Assembly: GCA_039096225.1 (NCBI GenBank)
Contig: JBBPEB010000019.1
Span: 356,344 to 420,343, forward strand
Reading direction: 5' to 3'
DNA: 64,000 nucleotides
DNA from: Blastocystis sp. Blastoise
Lineage: Eukaryota; Protista; Bigyra: Opalinata
The translations under genes were made by a program, and so were the position numbers. How positions within the stretch are numbered: position 1 is the stretch's first letter; each line of letters starts with the position of its first letter. Below the pieces are notes generated by a model. The model was not told the origin of the DNA. It worked only from the letters and a program-made list of their open reading frames with translations, and did not search any database. Shown here piece by piece: positions 42,567-54,595 of this stretch.

Positions 42567-42749
42567 GTGCAGTTGGGTTTTAAAATTATTTCTTTAACTT
42601 TATTGAACAAAACAACCTTGTTTATTATAAACATTTAAAAAACAAATAAAAAGTGAAGAAGTAATAGATTAAAAAGAAAAAATAATTAACAAACATAAAA
42701 CAAAAACAAACAAATATAACAAAAGAAGAAAAAAGAAAAAATAAAGCAT

Positions 42750-45700
42750 TTAATTATTTAGAGTAGACCTGAAGACCACGTTCTTAGTAAATATTTCATT
42801 ACTACTACTAATCATCTTACCTTGAGAGACACTATCAACTACCTTAATAAAAAGAGCGTTGAAAGATCGAGCACGACTGAAAGCAACATAGAGTTGACCA
42901 TGAGAGAAGACAGGACGATCTAAGTAAACACCAACTCTTTCAAATGTTTGTCCTTGAGATTTGTTGATAGTCATGGCAAAGGCTAAACGAATAGGAAATT
43001 GTCTTCTGGATATAATAATAGGAAGATCTTCAGGATTTGAATTACAGATGATTCTTGGAATAATAACAGTTTGTTCATCAATAGTAAGAGAAGGAGGAGG
43101 ATTTAAAATAGTAGCAGTAATATTATTTGATCCTAATCGAGTTACTATAAGTCTAGTACCATTACATAATCCTTTAGAAGGATTAAGATTTCTTAAAAGC
43201 ATAATGATACAACCTATTTTTAAATTTAATATATGAGGAGGCATTCCAGAAGGTGTTTGAGAATTGATAAACTCGATAGGATAATTTGATTCTGGATCAT
43301 CTGTTTCAGAATCAAGAATAGAATCAGAAGAGATATAAGGAGTAGTAGTTCCAGAAAGAAGATTATCAACAATGAAATCATTTAAAGTACCAACACAATC
43401 ATTAGTAGAAGCTAATATAACAGAAGAAGCTAATCGTTTGATATCAGAATCAAGAGAAGTATTGATTCGATGTCCAAATACAGTAACACATAAATCATCA
43501 TTCACAATACATTGAGGAGGAATAGGAATATAATCTATATCTAAATGATGACTAATAGTATAATTATTAGAAAGAACACCATCTCCTACTTGTAATAACC
43601 ATTGTCTAAAATCATCTGCTCCTTCTAAAGCTCTCATATTTCTTGATAAATGAATGACATTATTTTTGATAGAATTCCATAAGGAACAAAACTTTATAGA
43701 AGAACTAACAATCTGAGCTTGAGTTCCTTTTCTTATAACTGGTAAACATTGTCTGAAATCTCCTCCTAATACTACTGTTTTACCACCAAAAGGAATATCT
43801 AATTCTGTATTCATTATATCACATAATAATCTATGTACTACCATAAAACAATCACCTTTCATCATAGGAGCTTCATCCCATATTATTAAATCAGCTATTC
43901 TTATTTCTTCTACTTTTCTTCTATCTCTAGCTAAATCTATATTTGAAGTAGAATCAGGATCAACATTCAAAGGAATACCAAATTGTTTATGAGCTGTTCT
44001 ACCACCTGGTAATAAAGTAGAAGCAATTCCTGTTGAAGCTACAGGTAATACATTCTTATTATGTCCACGTAAATAACTTAATAAACTATTATATAAGAAA
44101 GTCTTTCCACTTCCACCTGGACCATCTATAAAGAAACATAACTTATCTTCTATTCTACTACTTTCTATTGAATGAATTACTCTATCAAATGCATTTCTTT
44201 GTTCTTCATTTAATAATTCTATTACTCTATTAGCTTCTTGTAATTCTAATGTAGGATTATAATTATAATCATTATAATGATGTTGTTCTTCTACTTGAGG
44301 TAATCCTAAATCATTATAATTCACTCCTATACTTATCATCATCTCTTTTATATCTTGTAAAGTACGTATTTCATAATCTTGAAGAACACTATTAGTATCA
44401 TCTTCTATAACACTTGATGAATCTAAATCTTGAGCTAAAGGAGTATTTATATAATCTATTTCATTATTATGCATTGAATGTTTATAATCCTCACTAAGAA
44501 ATGATTTAAATCGAATCCAAAACTCTTTCACATTTGTTAATAATGATTCTGAAATATAAGTAATAAATAATTGTCTCAATTGACATGGAGTAGCAAAAAC
44601 AATAGCTTCTGAAAATGAATCAAATACTTCTCTCTCATTATTCAATAATCCTCTTGCTATAGCTGCTTCACTAAAGGTTCTATAAGGTTCATTACTATTC
44701 AATCCTTTTACTATCTTCAAAGAATCAAAGCTATCAGCTCCTTTCGTATTCAATAATAATAATCTCAAAGCATATCGTTCCTTATCTTTTGGATTCACAT
44801 AATACATTCTTCCTAAAGCTTTTATATCTCTCTGACGTCTATTCCAAGTATTTGTATTCGATTTCCATACATAATATTTTGGTATTTCATGATAAGCATA
44901 AATAGGATATTTCTCATCTAATATTTTCAATAATTCTTCGGATATATTATCATCATCTACTTCATAACTATTTATTCTATTTATCTCTTCTAAACGAACT
45001 TGAATCAATTCTCTTTCTTCTTCTACATTATTCATATTACGAATACCATGCTTCTTCTCTATATAATAATAAGTATATATCTTTCTTTGATTCTGAACTT
45101 CTTTCTCTAAATCAAAGTATTTTGTTAATTTAGTACCTTTCTCTAAACTATTCCTTAATGCTTCTACTTCATGTCCTTCTCGAAATAATATATATGGATC
45201 ATCAGGTAAATGAATAGGTAATCTATTAATAGAAACAGAATTATAAGTAATTTCAAAACAATTCAAACGATAAGAAGCTTCAGGAGGAGAAACATATCGA
45301 CAATCTAAATAAGCTTGAGTTTCATCTACTATTCCATTATCATTCACTCTTCTTAATTGAGCTATCACAGAATCATTTCCTTTTAATGCATACTTATATA
45401 TATATTTTGTACTTTGAATATTACAACAGACTTCTACATTAATATGAGCTTGATATTTCAATAATAAATAAGGATTATAAGGAACTACCCAACGATTATC
45501 AATAGTATAAGTATTATGACTACGAATAAGAGTAATAGTTCTATCAGGAATATTTCTTCTTTGATATAAAGGATAAGAATTTAAATGACAATTAGTTTGC
45601 TCTATATATTCTTTTGGAAATCTCTTACTACATTTACCTGTTGATCTATCAATACAAACACAATTCGTATCATAATCAGGACCACATGGACCATGAATCA

Positions 45701-48700
45701 TATGTTTCTTAACTAATTCATAAAGAAGAGGAGTTGATTCTTTATCAGGAATCTCTGCACTTATTATACTATCTACTTCATCTTCTGTTCTATATTTAGA
45801 ATTCGTATCTAAAATAATTAATATATGAGAATGTGGTAAACCTCTCTTTTGGAATTCCACTGAATATAATAAAGCTTCTACAGTACCAAATATATTCTTA
45901 TCCTTTATATCAGAAAGTAATTGTTTCAACTTTAAATGAAACACTCTTGAAACTAAATCTGGAAATTCATTAACAGTATAACCTTCTGGAATATTATTCT
46001 TTATTTCTAACCAATCTGGATTGCAAGTAAATGTTATAAATAAATCAGGTTTACCATATTCTCGAACTACACTCATAGCATCCATATATTTCTGTTGCAA
46101 ATTTCTTGGACTACCAACAAAAGAAGAAGGTAATATAATAGCTTTACCTATTCTATCTATATTTCTATCATTCTCATTTATTTGATCTCCTCTCTCTTCT
46201 AACATATTATTTATATTCTGATAAGTTGAAGCTCTTAACTTATTTTGATTATTTCGTATATAATTAATTCTATTTTGTTCTACTCGAATATAATTATCAG
46301 TAATATATTGTAAAGTTAATTTCTTATATTTTAATAAATAATTATCATAAGGTGGATCTTTCATTTGAAGCATATAATTATAATATTCTAACATAGTAAT
46401 AGTAATTTGATTAGAACGATTCAATGATAATAAATCTGGATACCAACCTTGTCTTCCAGTTGGAAACATAACTGGATAAACCATACAATCTATATAAGAA
46501 TTAGTATTCTTCATTACTATATATTGACCTGAAGTATAACGATTCTGTTCATTATTACTATTAGTAGCTACTATTTCCATACCACTTCTAGGAAAACAAC
46601 AATAACTTCTTTCTGGCATTACTCCTCCTTCTCTATATTGATATATTACTGCTACTTCATCTACTTGAGGAGTATTATATCTTCTTATATCAGGTACTTC
46701 TCTTCTTTGTTTCTTAAACTCTATTAATAAATTAATATTATTTCTATTCATTTGACTATTCTCTTCTAATACTTCATCTACTCTTTCTCGAAGTGAATTA
46801 TATATTTGAGCTAATGGATGATATTCTCTTATTGTACTATCTAATATCTCTAAAATATTTGGTTTTAAATCACAAAAATATCGATTCATACTTCTCATAT
46901 GAGTAGCTTCATCTCCATCTATCATATAATATTGATTGAATACAGGATGTCTTGTAGGATCATTCACATCAAAATCTAAAGCACTCTTAAAAGTATGATA
47001 TATATTACCTCCACATTTAAATAGTAAAGGTCCAGAAGAATTTCTTAAATCATCATCAGAAGTATTATTTCCAGCTAAAGAAGCTAAAGCAACAGAATTA
47101 TTATATCGAATAATATTATTAATAAATTCTCTTGAATCTGGATTATCTCTTTGTAATAAAGAACGAATAGTATTAGGAAGATCAGGAAGCTCAGGAAGAA
47201 CTACTTTACCACTACCACAGCAAGTATAAAACTTATCATTCATTCCTTTCTCTAATTCAAAATGTTTAGCATGACAATATTCACAATGAACATTAAAATC
47301 ACCTAAATAATTAGCTTTATAAGTATTCAATGCTTCATTTAATACGAAATCACCATGAGAATCTATATAAAATAATATAAAATAAATATTAAATATATAT
47401 AAATACTTCTTTGAATAGAAGCAATACAATTATGTAATCCAGGATATAATAATCTTTGTTGATTATCTATAAAAATAATTTGTTATTTAATTATTCATAA
47501 AGAATTATAAAAAATAAATAGCATACAAATATCTAAAGCTCTTCTTCTTCCTCTATTAATAATAGGATGAATAATTATATCTTCTTCAACTATAAAAAAG
47601 TATTAAATAAATATATTTAAATAATAAAAAACATACTATTATCTGTTATAGGTCTTCTAATAGTTCTTACAACTGGTATTTCGTCATTATTTTGAGTATT
47701 ACTATTAATATTAGGAAAAGGATCAATATAATCAGAATCAGAATCATTATCAGAAAAACTACTACTACTACTACTACTACTATCACTTGAACTACTACTA
47801 CTACTACTATTAGGTATTGTTGTTATAATTTCTGATTCATTATCATTATTTAAATTAATATGAGGAATATTTGTTAGAATACTTAAAGGAGGAAGAATAG
47901 GACTTAAATCAGGAATAGTTAAATAACTATTCATAATGGAATTAATAGATCTATTATTTCTATGTATTATTGTTTCATTATTATTAGTATTAGTGTTATT
48001 TCTTGAATTATTTGTATTATCATTAATGATTGTAGAATTATTATTGTTAGATATATTTACATCAGTTGGAATAGTAGTAACAACAGGTAAAGAGTGTGAA
48101 GAAGTATTAATAGAATCATTATTATTATTAGAAACAGAAGTATTTTTTTCTGTAGGTTGTATAATAGTAGTTGATATAGGAATAGATTGATTATTATTAT
48201 TAATTTGACTTTGAACAATAGATATGTTATTAATTGATTGATTAACTGGATTCATTTGATTGAATAGGTTTGAACCATTATTTAATATAGAATTATTATT
48301 ATTTATTTGTGAATAACGATTATCGATATCAATATCAATATTGTTATTTGAATTATTGTTTTGAATGTTTTGTAAAGGAATATTATTTTGAAAATTAAAA
48401 GTCGAAAACAAAGCTAAAGGTTTTGAGTTAAAACCAAATGATTTAGATAAATCATTATTATTTATTTTATCCTTATTGGAACCTATATATATTAATTATT
48501 AGATATTAAATATATTATGTTTAAGTTTAGAATAAAGTTTAGTTGTGTAGTATATAAATTAACTTTCATTGTTATAGTTGTTGAAGTATTTATTAATTAA
48601 TATAAAGTATAACCTTTATTAATATAATATAATACATAGATATAGTATGATAATATATATATTAATATAAAGTATAACATTTATTAATATAATAATACAT

Positions 48701-51148
48701 ACATAAGTATAGTATGATATATTAATTAATATAAAGTATAACCTTCATCAATATAATATGATACATAAGTATAGTATGATATATTAATTAATATAAAGTA
48801 TAACCTTTATTAATATAATATAAGTCATAGATATAGTATGATATATTTATTAATATAAAGTATATAACTCTTATTAATATAATATAATACATAGATATAC
48901 TATGATATATTTATTAATATAAAGTATAACCTTTATTAATATAATATAATACATAAGTATAGTATGATATTATATATATTAATATAAAGTATATAACCTT
49001 TATTAATATAATAATACATAGAATATACTATGATATATTAATTAATATAAAGTATAACATTTATTAATATAATAATACATAGATATACTATGATATATTT
49101 ATTAATATAAAGTATATAACCTTTATTAATATAATAATACATAGATATACTATGATATATTTATTAATATAAAGTATATAACCTTTATTAATATAATAAT
49201 ACATACATATAGTATGATATATTAAATAATATAAAGTAAAAACTTTATTAATTAATAATTATCTTCAATACTATAATGTAATGAAAGATAATATTATAAT
49301 TAATGAAAACTAATATTAAATAAGTATAGGTAATTAATATTGTATAATTTATTAAACAATCTATATGATTCAACCTCATAGAGGACATCTATAGCTATTG
49401 TGCTTTGTTACAACATTCTATAAACATATAGCTAACTACCAGTTAATATCATATACAATGTGAGTAAGTGAAGAATCTTAACACTTAGATATCTCATCAT
49501 TGATAGTATTACATCGGTTAGACTATATAGAGTTAGAAGCGAACAATAGTCAGCAATAGTATGAGTCATATAGGTAATCAATAGTTGTATTAATTAAATT
49601 AAATACAAATATTAAAATACTCAACACTATTTAATATTAAGTAATTCAAAAATTATCTTAATATCCGACACCTTCCCGTTAATCGATACGATTAAAGTAA
49701 AATTAAAATAAAAAAAAAATAACAAAACAAAAATGAAAAAAGAAAGGATTCTATTAAATATTTAAATACTAAGTAGCTAAAGCTAAGCTTAGTAAATAAA
49801 TATATAAATAGATAATAAAAAAGAAAGCAGACAACAGAAAGCTATTATCTGTGAAAGAAAAAAAAATAATAAAACAAAAGAAAAAGAAACTAAAATAATA
49901 AATAATACTTACCCACAACTTTATTTGAACCTATATAAGTATAGAATATAATATAAGTATAAATATACATTGAATAATTGAAGAATTGTTGACACCATCA
50001 ACGACTGAAGAATTATTAACACCATCACCTATATATATATATACAATAGTATAAGTATAAATAAATAAATAATATTATATATATATATATATACCTTTAT
50101 ATATATTAGTAGTAACTATATCAAGACCAACAACAGAGTCACACGATCCCAAATTAAAAGACACACCTATATAGAATCATAAAATAGAATAAACATAGAT
50201 ACATATATATATATATATATATATATACCTTCTGAAGAAGGAATAGAAGAATGACCATGTACTAACTGAGTTGAAGGACCTATATAAAAACAAATAAGAA
50301 AGAATTAAAAGAATAATAAAAAATATATATATATGATATATCTATATACCTTTAGCATTAGAAGGATGATCACCATCAGATACAGTACCATGAACAGAAG
50401 ACACTATCAGAACAGAAGGACCTATATATATTTATAAAATAAAAGTAAATCAAAAAGAAGAAAAAGAAAATATATTATATATACCTTCTTTATGATTAAG
50501 ATCAGCACCAACATTCATAGCAACAGAAGAACCTATAATAACATATAAATAGGAAATAAAAGAAATAATTAAAAATAAATAAATAAATAAATGATTACAT
50601 ACCTTGAAGACCATGAGAAGAGTTAGCATCACCATCAGTAGCATCAGCAACAACATCATCATGAGTATAAGAACCTATAGATAAATAAAAATAAAAAAAA
50701 AATAAAATAAATGATTGACAACATACCTTCAAGACCATTAGTGGAGTGTATATCATCATCAATAGCTCCAGCAACAGAGTCCACAACAACAGAAGAACCT
50801 ATAGATAAATAAAAATATAAAAATAAAAACAAATGATTGACAACATACCTTCAAGACCACTTGAAAACATTATACCATCATCAGTAAAGGACACCAAGGA
50901 CAGAGAAGAGTCTAAGATAATATAAAATAATAAAACAAAAAGAAATGTATAAATATATACCTTCAAGACCATATTGATAAGCACCATCACCATCAATGAC
51001 ATCCATACTTGCATCCTGTTGAGTAGAAGAACCTATATATGAATAATAAAAAAAAATAAATACAATACATACTGGACCGTCTTTGAGAAACGTATTTTTT
51101 TTGATTCAAGGACCTCCGCCTTGATGACATTCTGCCTTTTCTAGGCAT
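42750..51148 (-). CDS. Helitron RepHel transposase (Zn finger, HUH-Y2 Rep, Pif1-family helicase); proposed 15 exons, about 2085 aa
   Basis: CEYCHAKHF...CCGSG; PDLFITFTCNPDW, EFQKRGLPHSH, KYIYKY; GPGGSGKTF, IIWDEAPM, GGDFRQ, TINKSQGQT, HGQLYVAFSR. Last exon 47362-42750 is secure; linkage of the 51148-49913 exons is inferred from splice phase. Confidence 0.9.
48595..49250. repeat. Minisatellite, about 11 copies of a 60-66 bp unit, inside the Helitron
   Basis: AATATAAAGTATAACCTTTATTAATATAAT...ATACATAGATAT..TATGAT recurring about every 62 bp. Confidence 0.9.
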
Positions 51149-51339
51149 CTTATTTAATAATTTAATAAAAATAAGTATTTTTATGTAGAAAACAAAAACA
51201 TATTCATATTTGAACTTTTGTAAAATAGGGACAATATTTAAAATATGCATATTTAAAAATTAATAGGAATCATAAATAACCTCGAATTTTTATTATTATC
51301 TTATGCTAAGCTGATAATAGGGACATTTTTTATTAAAAA

Positions 51340-52110
51340 CATTTTGGGTACCCAAAAACTATAGTTTTTTACATTTTTTAAATATTTGTTTGTATTGATT
51401 GTCTGGGTATGTTTTATTAATTAATTTGATGTTATTTAGTTATTATTTTTATATTTATTTGTATATATTAATTTATTTATTTATAATAATACACTTTTTT
51501 ATAGGATTCTCTTGTATTTGTCTTGGTTGTGGTGGTGAGTGGTTCTTAAAGTGGTCCTGGTTGTGTGAAATGGGTTACTTATTATCAGGTATATAAATAT
51601 ATTATTTATTTCTTAACATCTGTTTATTTTTTACTAATTACTTTTTGTTATTATTTAATTTTATTATCTATATTATTTATTTTGTCTTTTTATATCATCT
51701 ATTAAATTGTTTTTAATTATTTTTATTCTATAGGAAAGAAAATGTTGTTGATGTGTTGTGGTCTTCGTTTTTTCATGTCGTTCTTCTTAGTCTGTGGTTT
51801 CAGATTATTCTATTAGGTATATATTTATATTTTATTTATTGTTTTCATTTTTATTATTTATTATTTATGTTTTTTATTTATTTATTTATTTTTATTTATT
51901 TATTTATTATATTTATTTATTTATTTATTATATTTATTTATTTATTTATTATATTTATTATATTTATATATATTTATTTATTATATTTATTTATTTATTT
52001 ATTATATTTATTTATTTATTATATTTATTTATTTATTTATTTATTTATGTTTTTTATTTATTTATTATATTTATTATATTTATTATATTTATTATATTTA
52101 TTTATTTATT

Positions 52111-52141
<31 letters not shown>

Positions 52142-52527
52142 TTTTATGTTATCTTTTTATATTTTTTCTATTGTATATAGGTTTAATAGTCTTCTTGTTC
52201 CTTTTTCTTCTTTCTTCCTTCTTTCTACTTCATTTTACTTCTTCCTTATCCTTCCTACTACCTTCTTCCTCATTCTTCATTCTTCATTCTTCATTCTTCA
52301 TTCTTCCTTCCTACTTCCTACTTCCTCATCCGTCATTCTTCCTTCTTCTTCTTCTTCTTCCTTCTTCTTCCTACTTCCTCATCCTTCTTTCTTCATCCTA
52401 CTTCTTCCTTCTTCCTTCTTCTTCCTTCATCCTTCTTCCTACTTCTTCCTTCTTCCTTCATCCTTCATCCTTCCTTCTTCTTTCTTCCTACTTCCTACTT
52501 CCACATTCTTCCTACTTCCTTCATTCC

Positions 52528-52530
<3 letters not shown>
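51340..52530 (+). other. Putative divergent spliced transcript inside the Helitron (non-coding or short peptide); limits approximate
   Basis: Donor at 51407, exons 51505-51588 and 51734-51816, acceptor near 52180; exons are G-richer than the flanking T-rich introns. Confidence 0.5.
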
Positions 52531-52565
<35 letters not shown>

Positions 52566-52939
52566 ATTATTATTATTACTCTTTAAACTCCCTTTATGCT
52601 CTGGAAGGAGAGAAGCAATCATTATAGATTGTTTTCAGGTTCAATTCCTGACATGAAGTCTTATTTTTCTTTTTTTAAATATTTTATTTATATATTATTA
52701 TATATATATATTCTCTTTTTTAAATTTATTTTAATCCAGTTTAATTTATACTTTTCAATTTTGACCTTATATATATATATATCTAACTTTTTATAGTTTT
52801 TTTAGACTTACTCTTCTCAACAACAGTCACAATGAGAACAAATCCATTTATACTTAAACAGCCAAGTCATCTTAAAACTGATTATATCAATCAAAATACA
52901 TGTGTTAAACTTGTTTTATTGATTTAAACTCAATTTTAA

Positions 52940-54030
52940 TAATTAAAAGTAAACAAACCAAACACACATGTTGACTTTAAAACTTTAAACTCAGTGTTAA
53001 ATGGTTAGTTTTAAAGAGTAGACACAAAACATTGATTTATACTAAAAGGAATGAAAACAATCAACTCTTGATACAACTTTACCATTTGATAAAACACTCA
53101 TCCACAATATTTTCCAAAGTTCTTTTAGTAAAGTGTTTATATAGACATATAATGTATAAAATGAAAGTCAACTTCTTGAATCTCTTATTTTAGGACAGTC
53201 TTTAAAACATTTTGACAAATAGACAACCTTTAACTTGCTATTTAAAGCTAATATTTTAAGAGTAGACTTGATTTAAACCTATATACACAACTGTCATCAT
53301 CATAACACTTTTAAAGACACTTTACCATTTGCTCATACACTTTGATCAAAACATTTTCGTCCCTTCTTTTAATATAATATAGATCATACACTCTAGTTTA
53401 ATGAATAAAAGCTCTTATTTTGAATCTCGTCCTCTAAGTCACTCATTTTTACATTTTTCAAAATTTAAGACCCTTAGAGTTGATATTTTGACTCAATTTT
53501 TCTACAATGCACGAAATTCACGATTTTATATAAACTGAAGTGAAAATAAATTTTAAATAATAGTCACAACACCTCACACATCCACTCTCTAAAAATTATT
53601 TTCTTTGTACTTTTGATATGTTGTAGAGCTACTACAGCTGTATACTAATTAATATCTCTAAATTTTTTATTCACAGTTTAAGACTATGTTTTACACATTC
53701 TTTTAAATTTGACAACCTTAAACTATTTATTTAAAGCTATTATTCATAGAATAGACTTGATATAAGATTCTATACACATATATAAACCATTTTACTTTTT
53801 AAGACACATTTTGTCATTTGGTCATACACTTTGACCTTCATAATTTTGACTTTCCTTTTAACATAGAATAGAGTATTATCTCTAGTTTACTAAATAAAAG
53901 TCATTATATTGAATCTCTCACTCTAAGACCACTTAATTCACACTTTTCAAAATTGTGACACTAAAACTCATTATTTTAAGACTTTGTTTTAGATATAGTA
54001 GTTTGATGACCTATTGATTACAATACTACA
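52940..54030. repeat. Degenerate tandem repeat, about 243-bp unit, about 4.5 copies, in the Helitron 5' region
   Basis: ACTTTACCATTT near 53076 and 53319; TGAATCTC near 53177, 53421 and 53910; TCTAGTTTA near 53392 and 53881. Confidence 0.75.
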
Positions 54031-54595
54031 ATATTAGTTGATTATAAGAAGATCAAAGAAAATATCGATCACTCAAAAATCGTCCTCAGGAGCTCAAAAT
54101 TGGTACACCTAGGTTTTTCGACCTCCTGAATCAGAATATCATGTCAAAATAAGAATCTAAATTTGACCGTTAAGGCCTCACGTGTTCAATATGAAAAAGT
54201 ATTAAAAAGTAGATAAATATAAAGAATAAACACGGATAACGTATATTGTGGGATTGAGAAAAAATCAAGTTTACCCCATGTTTATTTTCCAATTGTCTGG
54301 TCAACAATTTTTATCGGGATGATCCCAAAGAGCCAATCAAAAACGACTCAAAAATCATGTTTTCTGTTTTTTTATTAATAACTTTTTAATTATTAATAAT
54401 ATCGCTTAACCAAATATACGGTGCACAACTACACGTTATATCGTATTGAACTGTGTTTCAGCCAAAAGTTAACTCCCCGTAAGTTTAGAGGAGTTGCGGC
54501 GACAAACTATAGTATACATTAGCCAATCAAATGGTTTTTCCAAAAACTGACCAATGGGAATTTTTTTGCCTATTCTCATATATATAGTAATGATA

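Larger units (their letters stand above)
42514..54593 (-). mobile_element. Full-length autonomous Helitron (canonical Helitron1 type), copy 1, 12,080 bp
   Basis: 5' TCATTACTATATATATG at 54593, 3' GC hairpin then ACCCTAG at 42514, A^T flanks without TSD, intact RepHel. Confidence 0.95.

Noticed and set aside
42434-42634. 66-aa ORF with an Arg-rich segment
   Set aside because: Read-through of the Helitron 3' hairpin and the TA tract
42750-47429. Viral or plasmid Rep-helicase, or a Helentron/Helitron2 element
   Set aside because: TC...CTAG ends, A^T target, 3' hairpin and no endonuclease domain indicate a canonical Helitron
48595-49250. Regularly spaced repeats resembling a CRISPR array
   Set aside because: Whole units repeat with no unique spacers, there are no cas genes, and the context is a eukaryotic intron
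51753-52796. Long hydrophobic F/I/Y/L ORFs (also 57412-58451 and 61667-62706)
   Set aside because: Translations of TTTA and CTT microsatellites and intron sequence, open in several frames at once
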